This document shows, one piece after another, positions 47,196 to 56,745 of a stretch of DNA of 64,000 bases. The notes beneath the pieces were generated by a model. That model was not told the origin of the DNA and ran no database searches. It saw only the letters and a program-made list of their open reading frames with translations. A program made the translations under genes and the position numbers. The DNA lies in assembly GCF_054482595.1 (NCBI RefSeq), contig NZ_CM137008.1, one strand, 5' to 3'. Numbering within the stretch: the stretch's first letter is position 1; every line of letters begins with the position of its first letter.

Positions 47196-48521
47196 TTAAC
47201 GCATACAAAAGCGGTCGTAATGGAAGTTTTGGCTGGCAATCCCATTTTCATATAACCCTTTGCTGAGCGCTTTGGCAAAACTCTGTGGGCCGCAAAACCA
47301 GAAATGGGTGTCACCTTTATTTGCTATTTTATCAGTAAGATAGTGCGACTGTAGGCGCTCACCTTTATGCGCATCAAGCAGATGCAGTGTGACACTGGCC
47401 TGGGCACAAAGTGAGGTAAGTTTATCAACATACCATGCATCCTCGCTTCGGCTGACGCAATACCAGAGATCCACAGGAACACGGGACGCGCCATGCTGGT
47501 TCAGATACTCAAGCTGGGCGATAAAGGGGGTAATGCCGATGCCTCCAGCTATCCATACCTGGCGGGAGCAAGGGAGAGTAAAATCAAACTTTCCCCATGG
47601 CCCTTCAACGAGAGCGGACTGGCCGATTTTTATCGAGGATGCCAGAGTCGAGGTATAATCCCCTAAATTTTTGATGGCAAAGCGCAACGTGTTCTTCTCT
47701 ATTGCATATGAAGCGATAGTAAAAGGGTGAGACTCTTTACTGTGTGCGAACGTTAAGAATGCAAACTGACCCGGAGAATAGTCGATGGCATGTTCCAGCT
47801 CCAGTATGACTTCGGTAATTTGTCCCGGATGGTTAACAATACTTTTAATGGTGGCCTGATGCTTGTTTTTATTACCGTTTAATTTCAGCAGCGAAATGAA
47901 AGCCACAAAGACGCCTGGGATAGTAATTAAAATTAATAAATACGCAGCAGGAGTTTCCCACCAATATGATTTAAACAGTGCAGTAAATACATGAAAAGCA
48001 ATTGCCAGATAAAAAACGGGGAACAAACGGTGAACAAGATGAAATAAATGATAGGGAACTTTTTTGCTTAGAGACACGAAAACCATCGCTATCATAATAA
48101 ACATTGCACATTCACCCGCTAACAATCCCGCATGAAGCCAATTTTCTTGTACTGGCGTCAGGTTAATATCAACGATTTTACCAGGGTGAGTAAGCCAGCC
48201 AAAGGCGACGAATAACTGGGGTAATTTTTCATCCAGCCAGTGGGCGAAAGCAAAAGCGATGGCGCATATTCCTGCCCACTTATGTAATCGCCATGCTTTA
48301 TCCAGACCGCCCAGCATCTTGTTAAGCCATGATGAACGCAACGATAAGCACATCGTCAGCGTCATCAGACACCACGCAAGGGTTCCCGTAAAAAAGAGTG
48401 TGTTTTGTCGAATGAACCATATTAGCGCGATTGGCTTTTCACGAAAAATATCGCCGGATGACAAAAAAATAATACATGCGACAAAGCAAACCAACGTACC
48501 TGTAAGATTAGCTTTTTTCAT
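47196..48521 (-). CDS. NOX/ferric-reductase-like membrane flavocytochrome (six TM helices plus FAD/NAD(P)H-binding domain)
   Basis: N-terminal hydrophobic half with His pairs H-x13-H ([15 protein letters not shown]) and H-x12-H ([14 protein letters not shown]); C-terminal half with HPFT flavin motif, GGIGITPF nucleotide motif and C-terminal CGP; AT-rich codon usage. Confidence 0.8.
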
Positions 48522-48583
48522 TTTTTTATTTCATTTTGGCAGCGGAGCATAGAACAGTTCCATGCTCCCATTAAATAGAGTGA

Positions 48584-48844
48584 TTATTTATAGAAAATCA
48601 CAGTGGCGTGGATATAATTTTTACCGGAGAAAGAACTGATGTAGTAATTGCTGGCTTGTAACTCTTCCGCTTTCTCTTTGATTTGGCTTTCAACGCCCGC
48701 TGGGTTGCTATTGTGTGTAGACATGCTCACTTTTGATAACTGTTCAAGATTATTGTCCGGTTTGTGTATCTCGGTTGCTGCAAATGCATGTCCTGTGAGA
48801 GTGCAAAGAAATAACGCGGTAAATAAATTTTGCTTAATAGACAT
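48584..48844 (-). CDS. Secreted DUF1471 (YhcN/BhsA-like) small protein
   Basis: 86-aa ORF with signal peptide (MSIKQNLFTALFLCTLTGHAFA) and DUF1471-like C-terminus (SFSGKNYIHATVIFYK); AAGGAG SD 7 nt upstream; 16 nt after the upstream stop. Confidence 0.75.
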   Translation of the reverse strand: MSIKQNLFTALFLCTLTGHAFAATEIHKPDNNLEQLSKVSMSTHNSNPAGVESQIKEKAEELQASNYYISSFSGKNYIHATVIFYK

Positions 48845-48860
48845 AATAACTCCTTTTATA

Positions 48861-49490
48861 TTAAACGTAATGATTAAATACTTGTGTAATAAGATCAGGG
48901 ATTTGCGCTAATGCATTTTGCTCGGCGAGTTCGCGTCCCGGTTGGGTTTTGTCGACACCTTCTGCACGTAAAATATGTGTATTGGTAATGCCCATTAATT
49001 TCAGCGTGGCTTGCAGATAACTTTCCTGATGATCCAGCGCCAGATGTGCTTCATCGCAATAGATACCGCCGCGCGTCGAGACAATAAACGTCGGTTTATC
49101 CTTCAGTAACCCAACGGCGCCTGCAGAGCTAAAACGAAACGTTAAACCAGCCTGACACACCTGATCTATCCAGGTTTTGAGGCCAGATGAAACGCTGTGA
49201 TTAATCATCGGCGCGCCAATAATGAGCACATCGCACGATGCCAGTTCATCAATAGCGGCGTGGATATCATTCACCTCCTGCTGAATTTGTGCGTTCTTGC
49301 ACTCTGCTTTATCGCAAAGCGCCAGAAAGGTTTCTTCACGCAAATGGGGCGGCGGCGTCAGGCCAACGTCGCGATGAATAATTGTGGCTTGAGGAAAGTG
49401 TTGGCAAAGCGCTTCTACCAGCGTCTGGCTTAATTTCCGCGAACTTGAATGCTTAAGCATTGGGCTACTGTCGATATGAAGAATTTTCAT
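48861..49490 (-). CDS. AzoR-family FMN-dependent NADH azoreductase / quinone reductase homolog
   Basis: 209-aa ORF (MKILHIDSSPMLKHSSSRKLSQTLVEAL...) with the AzoR/AcpD flavodoxin-like pattern; first gene of a three-gene minus-strand operon. Confidence 0.8.
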   Translation of the reverse strand: MKILHIDSSPMLKHSSSRKLSQTLVEALCQHFPQATIIHRDVGLTPPPHLREETFLALCDKAECKNAQIQQEVNDIHAAIDELASCDVLIIGAPMINHSVSSGLKTWIDQVCQAGLTFRFSSAGAVGLLKDKPTFIVSTRGGIYCDEAHLALDHQESYLQATLKLMGITNTHILRAEGVDKTQPGRELAEQNALAQIPDLITQVFNHYV

Positions 49491-49497
49491 GGGCTTG

Positions 49498-49518
49498 CTC
49501 TCATTTCTGCGATGAGAG
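49498..49518. promoter_or_regulatory. Perfect 7-bp inverted repeat in the divergent LysR/operon intergenic region
   Basis: CTCTCAT-N7-ATGAGAG, 8 nt upstream of the AzoR-like start codon; candidate LTTR operator or RBS-sequestering hairpin. Confidence 0.4.
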
Positions 49519-49590
49519 AAGTTTAACTGTTGTTTATATGGTGATTAAATAGACATAATTGAACTTCATTGTTGTGAAAATAGAACAATC

Positions 49591-50487
49591 ATGATCGACT
49601 GGAATGATTATTACTACTTTGCCCTGATTGCCGATGAAGGCAGCTACAGCCAGGCGGCGCTGCGTGCGGGCGTGTCGAAATCGGTATTAAGCCGACGAAT
49701 GGCTGCACTGGAGGAGCGCCTTGGCGTACGGCTTATTCAGCGAACTACGCGGCGTCTGGCCCTGACGGCGGCAGGCGAACAGTTTGCTGTCGAATGTCGG
49801 GCGCTGATGGCGCAGGAGGAACGGGCTAGAGCGGTGGTGATGGCCGCCCAGGAAAGCCCACAGGGAATGCTGCGCGTCAGCGCGCCGGTATTTATGGCTG
49901 AAACATGGTTTGGTGAGTTTGTCAGTGAGTTTATCGCCCGTTGGCCCCTGGCGAAGGTGCAACTGCTGGCAATTAATCGCCCGGTGGATATGGTCGCTGA
50001 AGGCATTGATATTGCGCTGGTTACGGCTTCCGGCGCGCTTGCTGACTCGACGCTGCATTATAAAAAATTACATACCCAGGCTGATATTTTAGTTGCCAGT
50101 TCTCAGTGGCTGGCCCGCCATCCGCAGGTGAAAGCTATTGAAGATCTTAACCACGTCGACGGGATCCTTCGGCTGGCGAACAATGGCGGGAGCCAGTGGC
50201 AATTAATTAATGGCGAACAGGAGATTACGCTGCAGCCTGAGGCGCGTTTGCAGTCAAATAACCTTCGCGTCATGCTGCAAGCAGTACTTGGTGGGAATGG
50301 CGTGGCGTTATTGCCTCAATTTGCCTGTAAACAGGGGCTTGCGAACGGTGAACTGGTGCGCCTGTTTGCACCGTGGAGCGGCATACCCAGACCGTTGTAT
50401 GCTTTATTTGCGGGGCGAAAGGGGATGCCTGCCATTGCGCGATATTTTATGGATGAGTTAACCACGCGGCTTGCCAACGGGGTCTGA
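49591..50487 (+). CDS. LysR-family transcriptional regulator, divergent from the redox operon
   Basis: 298-aa ORF with N-terminal HTH ([36 protein letters not shown]) and LTTR effector domain. Confidence 0.85.
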
Positions 50488-50542
50488 ATCGCTTTTTTTG
50501 TATATAATGCGTGTGAAATTTCATACCACAGGCGAAACGATC

Positions 50543-51202
50543 ATGACGCAGGATGAATTGAAAAAAGCAGTAGGATGGGCGGCACTTCAGTATGTTCAGC
50601 CCGGCACCATTGTTGGTGTAGGTACAGGTTCCACCGCCGCACACTTTATTGACGCGCTCGGTACAATGAAAGGCCAGATTGAAGGGGCCGTTTCCAGTTC
50701 AGATGCTTCCACTGAAAAACTGAAAAGCCTCGGCATTCACGTTTTTGATCTCAACGAAGTCGACAGCCTTGGCATCTACGTTGATGGCGCAGATGAAATC
50801 AACGGCCACATGCAAATGATCAAAGGCGGCGGCGCGGCGCTGACCCGTGAAAAAATCATTGCTTCGGTTGCAGAAAAATTTATCTGTATTGCAGACGCTT
50901 CCAAGCAGGTTGATATTCTGGGTAAATTCCCGCTGCCAGTAGAAGTTATCCCGATGGCACGTAGTGCAGTGGCGCGCCAGCTGGTGAAACTGGGCGGTCG
51001 TCCGGAATACCGTCAGGGCGTGGTGACCGATAATGGCAACGTGATCCTCGACGTCCACGGCATGGAAATCCTTGACCCGATAGCGATGGAAAACGCCATA
51101 AATGCGATTCCTGGCGTGGTGACTGTTGGCTTGTTTGCTAACCGTGGCGCGGACGTTGCGCTGATTGGCACACCTGACGGTGTCAAAACCATTGTGAAAT
51201 GA
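50543..51202 (+). CDS. rpiA: Ribose-5-phosphate isomerase A
   Basis: ORF 50471..51202; start at [39 protein letters not shown]... giving 219 aa. Confidence 0.97.
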
Positions 51203-51204
51203 TC

Positions 51205-51272
51205 TGACGGGGGAACCTCCCCCGTTAAAAAAATTCTCTTCATTAAATTTGGTGACATGTGTCACGTTTTTA
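51205..51272 (+). terminator. rpiA terminator region (two hairpins)
   Basis: acggggga-acc-tcccccgt, then gtgaca-tg-tgtcac followed by GTTTTT. Confidence 0.45.
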
Positions 51273-51457
51273 TCTGGCTATTGTCGATTGCTCTAAATAA
51301 ATCCTCTAAACCAGCATATTCATCCAAGAATTACCTTTGCGTGATATTTCCTCAACATCGCGACGCAAACGTTCATATTGCCGCAATATTATTTTTTGAT
51401 ATGTTGAAAGGCGGACGCAAATCCGCACACAACATTTCAAAAGACAGGATTGGGTAA

Positions 51458-52690
51458 ATGGCAAAGGTATCGCTGGAGAAAGACAAGATTAAGTTTCTGC
51501 TGGTAGAAGGAGTGCACCAAAAGGCGCTGGAAAGCCTTCGTGCAGCTGGTTACACCAACATCGAATTTCACAAAGGCGCGCTGGATGATGAACAATTAAA
51601 AGAATCCATCCGCGATGCCCACTTCATCGGCCTGCGATCCCGTACCCATCTGACTGAAGACGTGATCAACGCCGCAGAAAAGCTGGTCGCTATTGGCTGT
51701 TTCTGTATAGGAACAAACCAGGTTGATCTGGATGCGGCGGCAAAGCGCGGGATCCCGGTATTTAACGCACCGTTCTCAAATACGCGCTCTGTTGCGGAGC
51801 TGGTGATTGGCGAACTGCTGCTGCTATTGCGCGGCGTGCCGGAAGCCAATGCTAAAGCGCACCGTGGCGTGTGGAACAAACTGGCGGCGGGTTCTTTTGA
51901 AGCGCGCGGCAAAAAGCTGGGTATCATCGGCTACGGTCATATTGGTACGCAATTGGGCATTCTGGCTGAATCGCTGGGAATGTATGTTTACTTTTATGAT
52001 ATTGAAAATAAACTGCCGCTGGGCAACGCCACTCAGGTACAGCATCTTTCTGACCTGCTGAATATGAGCGATGTGGTGAGTCTGCATGTACCAGAGAATC
52101 CGTCCACCAAAAATATGATGGGCGCGAAAGAAATTTCACTAATGAAGCCCGGCTCGCTGCTGATTAATGCTTCGCGCGGTACTGTGGTGGATATTCCGGC
52201 GCTGTGTGATGCGCTGGCGAGCAAACATCTGGCGGGGGCGGCAATCGACGTATTCCCGACGGAACCGGCGACCAATAGCGATCCATTTACCTCTCCGCTG
52301 TGTGAATTCGACAACGTCCTTCTGACGCCACACATTGGCGGTTCGACTCAGGAAGCGCAGGAGAATATTGGCCTGGAAGTTGCGGGTAAATTGATCAAGT
52401 ATTCTGACAATGGCTCAACGCTCTCTGCGGTGAACTTCCCAGAAGTCTCGCTGCCACTGCACGGTGGGCGTCGTCTGATGCACATCCACGAAAACCGTCC
52501 GGGCGTGCTAACTGCGCTGAACAAAATCTTCGCCGAGCAGGGCGTCAACATCGCCGCGCAATATCTACAAACTTCCGCCCAGATGGGTTATGTGGTTATT
52601 GATATTGAAGCCGACGAAGACGTTGCCGAAAAAGCGCTGCAGGCAATGAAAGCTATTCCGGGTACCATTCGCGCCCGTCTGCTGTACTAA
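51458..52690 (+). CDS. serA: D-3-phosphoglycerate dehydrogenase
   Basis: 410-aa ORF matching SerA. Confidence 0.97.
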   Translation: MAKVSLEKDKIKFLLVEGVHQKALESLRAAGYTNIEFHKGALDDEQLKESIRDAHFIGLRSRTHLTEDVINAAEKLVAIGCFCIGTNQVDLDAAAKRGIPVFNAPFSNTRSVAELVIGELLLLLRGVPEANAKAHRGVWNKLAAGSFEARGKKLGIIGYGHIGTQLGILAESLGMYVYFYDIENKLPLGNATQVQHLSDLLNMSDVVSLHVPENPSTKNMMGAKEISLMKPGSLLINASRGTVVDIPALCDALASKHLAGAAIDVFPTEPATNSDPFTSPLCEFDNVLLTPHIGGSTQEAQENIGLEVAGKLIKYSDNGSTLSAVNFPEVSLPLHGGRRLMHIHENRPGVLTALNKIFAEQGVNIAAQYLQTSAQMGYVVIDIEADEDVAEKALQAMKAIPGTIRARLLY

Positions 52691-52711
52691 TTCCCCTTCT
52701 CTGACAATCAA

Positions 52712-52741
52712 CGGGCAGGTCACTGACTTGCCCGTTTTTTT
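52712..52741 (+). terminator. Intrinsic terminator of serA
   Basis: cgggcaggt-cactg-acttgcccg followed by TTTTTTT. Confidence 0.8.
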
Positions 52742-52879
52742 ATCCCTTCTCCACACCGTTGCCGCGTTGCGCATTCTACTTTGCGAGTCTGCTCCAGAAA
52801 ATAAATCAAAGTCAGATCAATGCGTTGTGTTTATTTAATGGGGATTTACGATGGCGGGACAGCACAGGGCTGTAACGGT

Positions 52880-53018
52880 AAAGCCCTCACCGAAGCGAGG
52901 GCTTGAAGGAGAAGGGTTATGATGCGACTTGTCATCATACTGATTGTACTGTTACTCATAAGTTTCCCAGCTTATTAACAGTCAGTCTCAGGGGAGGAGT
53001 AATCCTCCCTTACCCTTA
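52880..53018 (-). ncRNA. Sib-type antisense sRNA (antitoxin), copy 1; boundaries approximate
   Basis: Minus-strand -35 TTGACA (53053-53048), 17-bp spacer, -10 TAATTT (53030-53025); transcript would run antisense across the ibs ORF; 3' end estimated from the usual Sib length. Confidence 0.45.
52919..52978 (+). CDS. Ibs-family type I toxin, 19 aa (variant copy, Pro17)
   Basis: Read by hand: ATGATGCGACTTGTCATCATACTGATTGTACTGTTACTCATAAGTTTCCCAGCTTATTAA = MMRLVIILIVLLLISFPAY*; SD GAAGGAG upstream; below the ORF-track size cutoff. Confidence 0.75.
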   Translation: MMRLVIILIVLLLISFPAY

Positions 53019-53271
53019 CTCACTAAATTAGGTTAAAGAATCAACGATGTCAATCAGGGCGATGCGGGATGTATCGCCCTGAACCGATCATTTGATAGAC
53101 ACTTCATCGCCCACGTTTACTGCCGTAATTAATCCCTTATCCCTGCAATGTGTGTCTGTCTTACATGACGTTTTACGAGTGCGCTCGAAGAAAAAATTTA
53201 AAGGTAGATCAATGCGTTGTGCTTATTTAAAGAGAGTTTACGATGGCAGGGCAGCATGGGGCTGTAACGGT

Positions 53272-53410
53272 AAAGCCCTCACCGAAGCGAGGGCTTGAAG
53301 GAGAAGGGTTATGATGCGACTTGTCATCATACTGATTGTACTGTTACTCATAAGTTTCAGCGCTTATTAACAGTCAGTCACAGGGGAGGAGCAATCCTCC
53401 CTTACCCTTA
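53272..53410 (-). ncRNA. sibC: SibC-type antisense sRNA (antitoxin), copy 2; boundaries approximate
   Basis: Same promoter-like elements as copy 1, shifted by 392 bp (-35 at 53445-53440, -10 at 53422-53417); serA-ygfA intergenic position corresponds to K-12 sibC/rygC. Confidence 0.45.
53311..53370 (+). CDS. ibsC: Ibs-family type I toxin, 19 aa (IbsC-like, Ser17)
   Basis: Read by hand: MMRLVIILIVLLLISFSAY*; same SD and context as copy 1; matches my recollection of K-12 IbsC. Confidence 0.75.
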   Translation: MMRLVIILIVLLLISFSAY

Positions 53411-53470
53411 CTCACTAAATTAGGTTAAAGAATCAACGATGTCAATCAGGGCGATGCAGGTGTGTCGCCC

Positions 53471-54019
53471 TCACCACTCCCAGACTTTCGACGGTGTAAC
53501 CACCGCAGGAAGAGGGATATCCCACTCTTCAACGGGGAGTTTTTCCACCAACTGACAATCATGCGCATAACCCACCGGTTGCATTTTATAGTGCTGCCAG
53601 TTTTGTAAGGTCCGATCGTAAAAACCTCCGCCCATTCCCAGGCGCTGACCGTACTCATCAAAGGCGACCAGCGGTGTGATCAACACGTCTAATCGGGAAA
53701 GGGGTAGCACGTCACGCACATCCAGTTTTGGCTCATGGATCTTCAACCTGTTCATCACCAGTTCACTTTGCGGATGGTAATTCAGGAACAGCAAATTACC
53801 GGCACTAAAGGGATGCAAAACTGGAAGATATACGCGCTTACCGGCGCGCCAGAGTTGTTCTATAAGCGGCTGGGTGTCGAGTTCTCCATCAAAAGAGAGG
53901 AATACAGCGACCGTATGTGCCATCACCACCGGGGGATAAGTCATCATCCGGGTAGCGGCTTGTTGACCCATTTCCTGCTGTTGTTCCGGCGTTAACGTAC
54001 GACGACGTTGCCGAATCAT
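53471..54019 (-). CDS. ygfA: 5-formyltetrahydrofolate cyclo-ligase family protein
   Basis: ORF 53471..54217; start assumed at the internal Met (MIRQRRRTLTPEQQQEMGQQAATRMM...) giving 182 aa; an alternative in-frame ATG at 54073 gives 200 aa; the ORF N-terminal extension overlaps ssrS. Confidence 0.85.
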   Translation of the reverse strand: MIRQRRRTLTPEQQQEMGQQAATRMMTYPPVVMAHTVAVFLSFDGELDTQPLIEQLWRAGKRVYLPVLHPFSAGNLLFLNYHPQSELVMNRLKIHEPKLDVRDVLPLSRLDVLITPLVAFDEYGQRLGMGGGFYDRTLQNWQHYKMQPVGYAHDCQLVEKLPVEEWDIPLPAVVTPSKVWEW

Positions 54020-54082
54020 TTTGCGGATTTCTTGTCGGGATAATGTCAGTGGGAGTTCTGGTAGTTGCGTCATGGCTGGTGC

Positions 54083-54266
54083 CAGATAAGAAGGGAATCT
54101 CCGAGATGCCGCCGCAGGCTGTAACCCTTGAACCCTTGGTTCAAGGTGAATGTGTCGTCGCAGTTTTAAGGCTTCTCGGACGGACCGAGCATGCTCACCA
54201 ACCGCGGAGCGCCACATTCTTGTGGTATGAAATATCGGCTCAGGGGACTGGCCCGCTTGCGAACAT
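54083..54266 (-). ncRNA. ssrS: 6S RNA
   Basis: Minus strand reads AUUUCUCUGAGAUGUUCGCAAGCGGGCCAGUCCCCUGAGCCGAUAUUUCAUACCACAAGAAUGUGGCGCUCCGCGGUUGGUGAGCAUGCUCGGUCCGUCCGAGAAGCC...GGCAUCUCGGAGAUUCCCU, matching E. coli 6S RNA; lies between zapA and ygfA. Confidence 0.92.
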
Positions 54267-54318
54267 CTCAGAGAAATTTTGTCTTCACGGTTACTCTACC
54301 ACAGTAAACCGAAAAGTG

Positions 54319-54714
<396 letters not shown>

Positions 54715-54815
54715 CTATAGCTACCCTGATGAGAAGAGACAAGCCCTTTTCTGGTCCACCAGGGCCCAAAGTGGTAGCATATCATGAATATTCCTCCCTT
54801 TGACGACGAATGCTT

Positions 54816-55394
54816 ATGTCTATACAGAACGAAATGCCTGGTTACAACGAAATGAACCAGTATCTGAACCAACAAGGGACGGGTCTGACCCCTGCTGAGA
54901 TGCATGGTTTAATCAGTGGGATGATATGTGGCGGTAACGATGACAGCTCATGGCTGCCGCTACTTCACGACCTGACGAACGAAGGCATGGCTTTCGGTCA
55001 TGAGCTGGCACAGGCACTGCGTAAAATGCACTCTGCCACCAGCGATGCCCTGCAGGATGACGGCTTCCTTTTTCAGCTTTATCTGCCTGATGGCGATGAT
55101 GTCAGCGTTTTCGATCGGGCTGATGCACTGGCAGGTTGGGTCAATCACTTCCTGCTTGGTCTTGGCGTTACGCAACCGAAGCTGGACAAAGTGACCGGCG
55201 AAACCGGTGAAGCCATCGACGATCTGCGTAACATCGCGCAGTTGGGCTACGACGAAGACGAAGATCAGGAAGAGCTTGAAATGTCGCTTGAAGAGATCAT
55301 CGAGTACGTCCGTGTTGCCGCGCTGTTATGCCACGACACCTTTACTCATCCGCAACCGACCGCGCCAGAAGTACAAAAACCGACTCTACACTAA
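54816..55394 (+). CDS. ygfB: UPF0149 protein YgfB
   Basis: ORF 54810..55394; start at [24 protein letters not shown]... giving 192 aa. Confidence 0.9.
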
Positions 55395-55419
55395 AAACAA
55401 AAAACGTAAGGAGAGTGTT

Positions 55420-56745
55420 ATGAGTGAGATATCCCGGCAAGAGTTTCAGCGTCGCCGTCAGGCCCTGGTGGAGCAAATGCAACCCGGCAGCGCCGCGCTG
55501 ATTTTTGCTGCACCAGAAGTAACACGTAGCGCCGACAGCGAATACCCCTATCGTCAGAACAGTGACTTCTGGTACTTCACCGGCTTTAACGAACCGGAAG
55601 CGGTGCTGGTGCTGATTAAAAGCGATGACACTCATAACCACAGCGTTCTGTTTAACCGCGTTCGCGACCTGACGGCGGAGATCTGGTTTGGCCGTCGTTT
55701 AGGTCAGGATGCCGCGCCAGAGAAACTGGGCGTTGACCGCGCACTGGCATTCAGCGAAATTAATCAGCAACTTTATCAACTACTTAATGGTCTGGATGTG
55801 GTTTACCACGCCCAGGGCGAATATGCATATGCTGATGAAATCGTGAACAGCGCGCTTGAGAAACTGCGTAAAGGTTCGCGGCAAAATCTCACCGCGCCGG
55901 CAACGATGATCGACTGGCGTCCCATTGTTCATGAAATGCGCCTGTTCAAATCGCCGGAAGAGATTGCCGTACTTCGCCGCGCGGGTGAAATCACCGCCCT
56001 GGCGCATACCCGGGCGATGGAAAAATGCCGTCCGGGAATGTTCGAGTACCACCTGGAAGGCGAAATTCACCACGAATTTAACCGCCACGGCGCGCGCTAT
56101 CCTTCCTATAACACCATTGTCGGCAGCGGTGAAAACGGCTGCATTCTGCATTACACCGAAAACGAGTGTGAACTGCACGACGGCGATCTGGTGTTGATTG
56201 ACGCGGGTTGCGAATACAAAGGTTACGCTGGCGATATTACCCGCACCTTCCCGGTCAACGGCAAATTCACCCAGGCTCAGCGTGAAATCTACGACATTGT
56301 GCTTGAGTCTCTCGAAACCAGCCTGCGCCTGTATCGTCCGGGAACTTCCATTCAGGAAGTCACCGGTGAAGTGGTGCGCATCATGGTTAGCGGCCTGGTA
56401 AAACTCGGCATCCTGAAAGGTGATGTTGATGAACTGATCGCTCAGAACGCCCATCGTCCTTTCTTTATGCATGGCCTTAGCCACTGGTTAGGACTGGATG
56501 TCCATGACGTTGGCGTTTATGGCCAGGATCGCTCGCGCATTCTGGAACCGGGCATGGTACTGACCGTAGAGCCAGGGCTGTATATTGCGCCGGATGCAGA
56601 AGTGCCAGAACAATATCGCGGTATCGGCATTCGTATTGAAGACGACATTGTGATTACCGAAACCGGTAACGAAAACCTCACCGCCAGCGTGGTGAAAAAG
56701 CCGGAAGAAATCGAAGCGTTGATGGCAGCTGCGAGAAAGCAATGA
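55420..56745 (+). CDS. pepP: Xaa-Pro aminopeptidase (aminopeptidase P)
   Basis: ORF 55207..56745; start at the internal Met (MSEISRQEFQRRRQALVEQM...) with GGAGAG SD, giving 441 aa. Confidence 0.95.
   Translation: MSEISRQEFQRRRQALVEQMQPGSAALIFAAPEVTRSADSEYPYRQNSDFWYFTGFNEPEAVLVLIKSDDTHNHSVLFNRVRDLTAEIWFGRRLGQDAAPEKLGVDRALAFSEINQQLYQLLNGLDVVYHAQGEYAYADEIVNSALEKLRKGSRQNLTAPATMIDWRPIVHEMRLFKSPEEIAVLRRAGEITALAHTRAMEKCRPGMFEYHLEGEIHHEFNRHGARYPSYNTIVGSGENGCILHYTENECELHDGDLVLIDAGCEYKGYAGDITRTFPVNGKFTQAQREIYDIVLESLETSLRLYRPGTSIQEVTGEVVRIMVSGLVKLGILKGDVDELIAQNAHRPFFMHGLSHWLGLDVHDVGVYGQDRSRILEPGMVLTVEPGLYIAPDAEVPEQYRGIGIRIEDDIVITETGNENLTASVVKKPEEIEALMAAARKQ

Larger units (their letters stand above)
52750..53474. 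repeat. Tandem direct duplication (about 392-bp unit, two copies) of the sib/ibs locus
   Basis: Near-identical blocks starting about 52814 and about 53206 (period 392 bp), with more diverged 5' parts; each carries one 19-codon ORF. Confidence 0.85.

Noticed and set aside
47196-50487. Possible mobile element (IS or integron) carrying the redox island
   Set aside because: No transposase, integrase, inverted terminal repeats or attachment-site-like direct repeats at the borders; the same applies to the speA-speB lipoprotein cassette
52750-53474. Possible CRISPR array suggested by repeated blocks
   Set aside because: Only two copies of a long (about 392-bp) unit, no short repeat-spacer periodicity and no cas genes; explained as a tandem sib/ibs duplication
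55207-55419. 71-codon N-terminal extension of the pepP ORF (Lys/Arg-rich)
   Set aside because: Overlaps the ygfB 3' end in another frame; the real PepP N-terminus (MSEISRQEF) begins at an internal ATG with a good SD. Similar extensions were trimmed for mutY, epd, pgk, fbaA, loiP, ruvX, yqgE, rsmE, argP, scpA, scpB and rpiA
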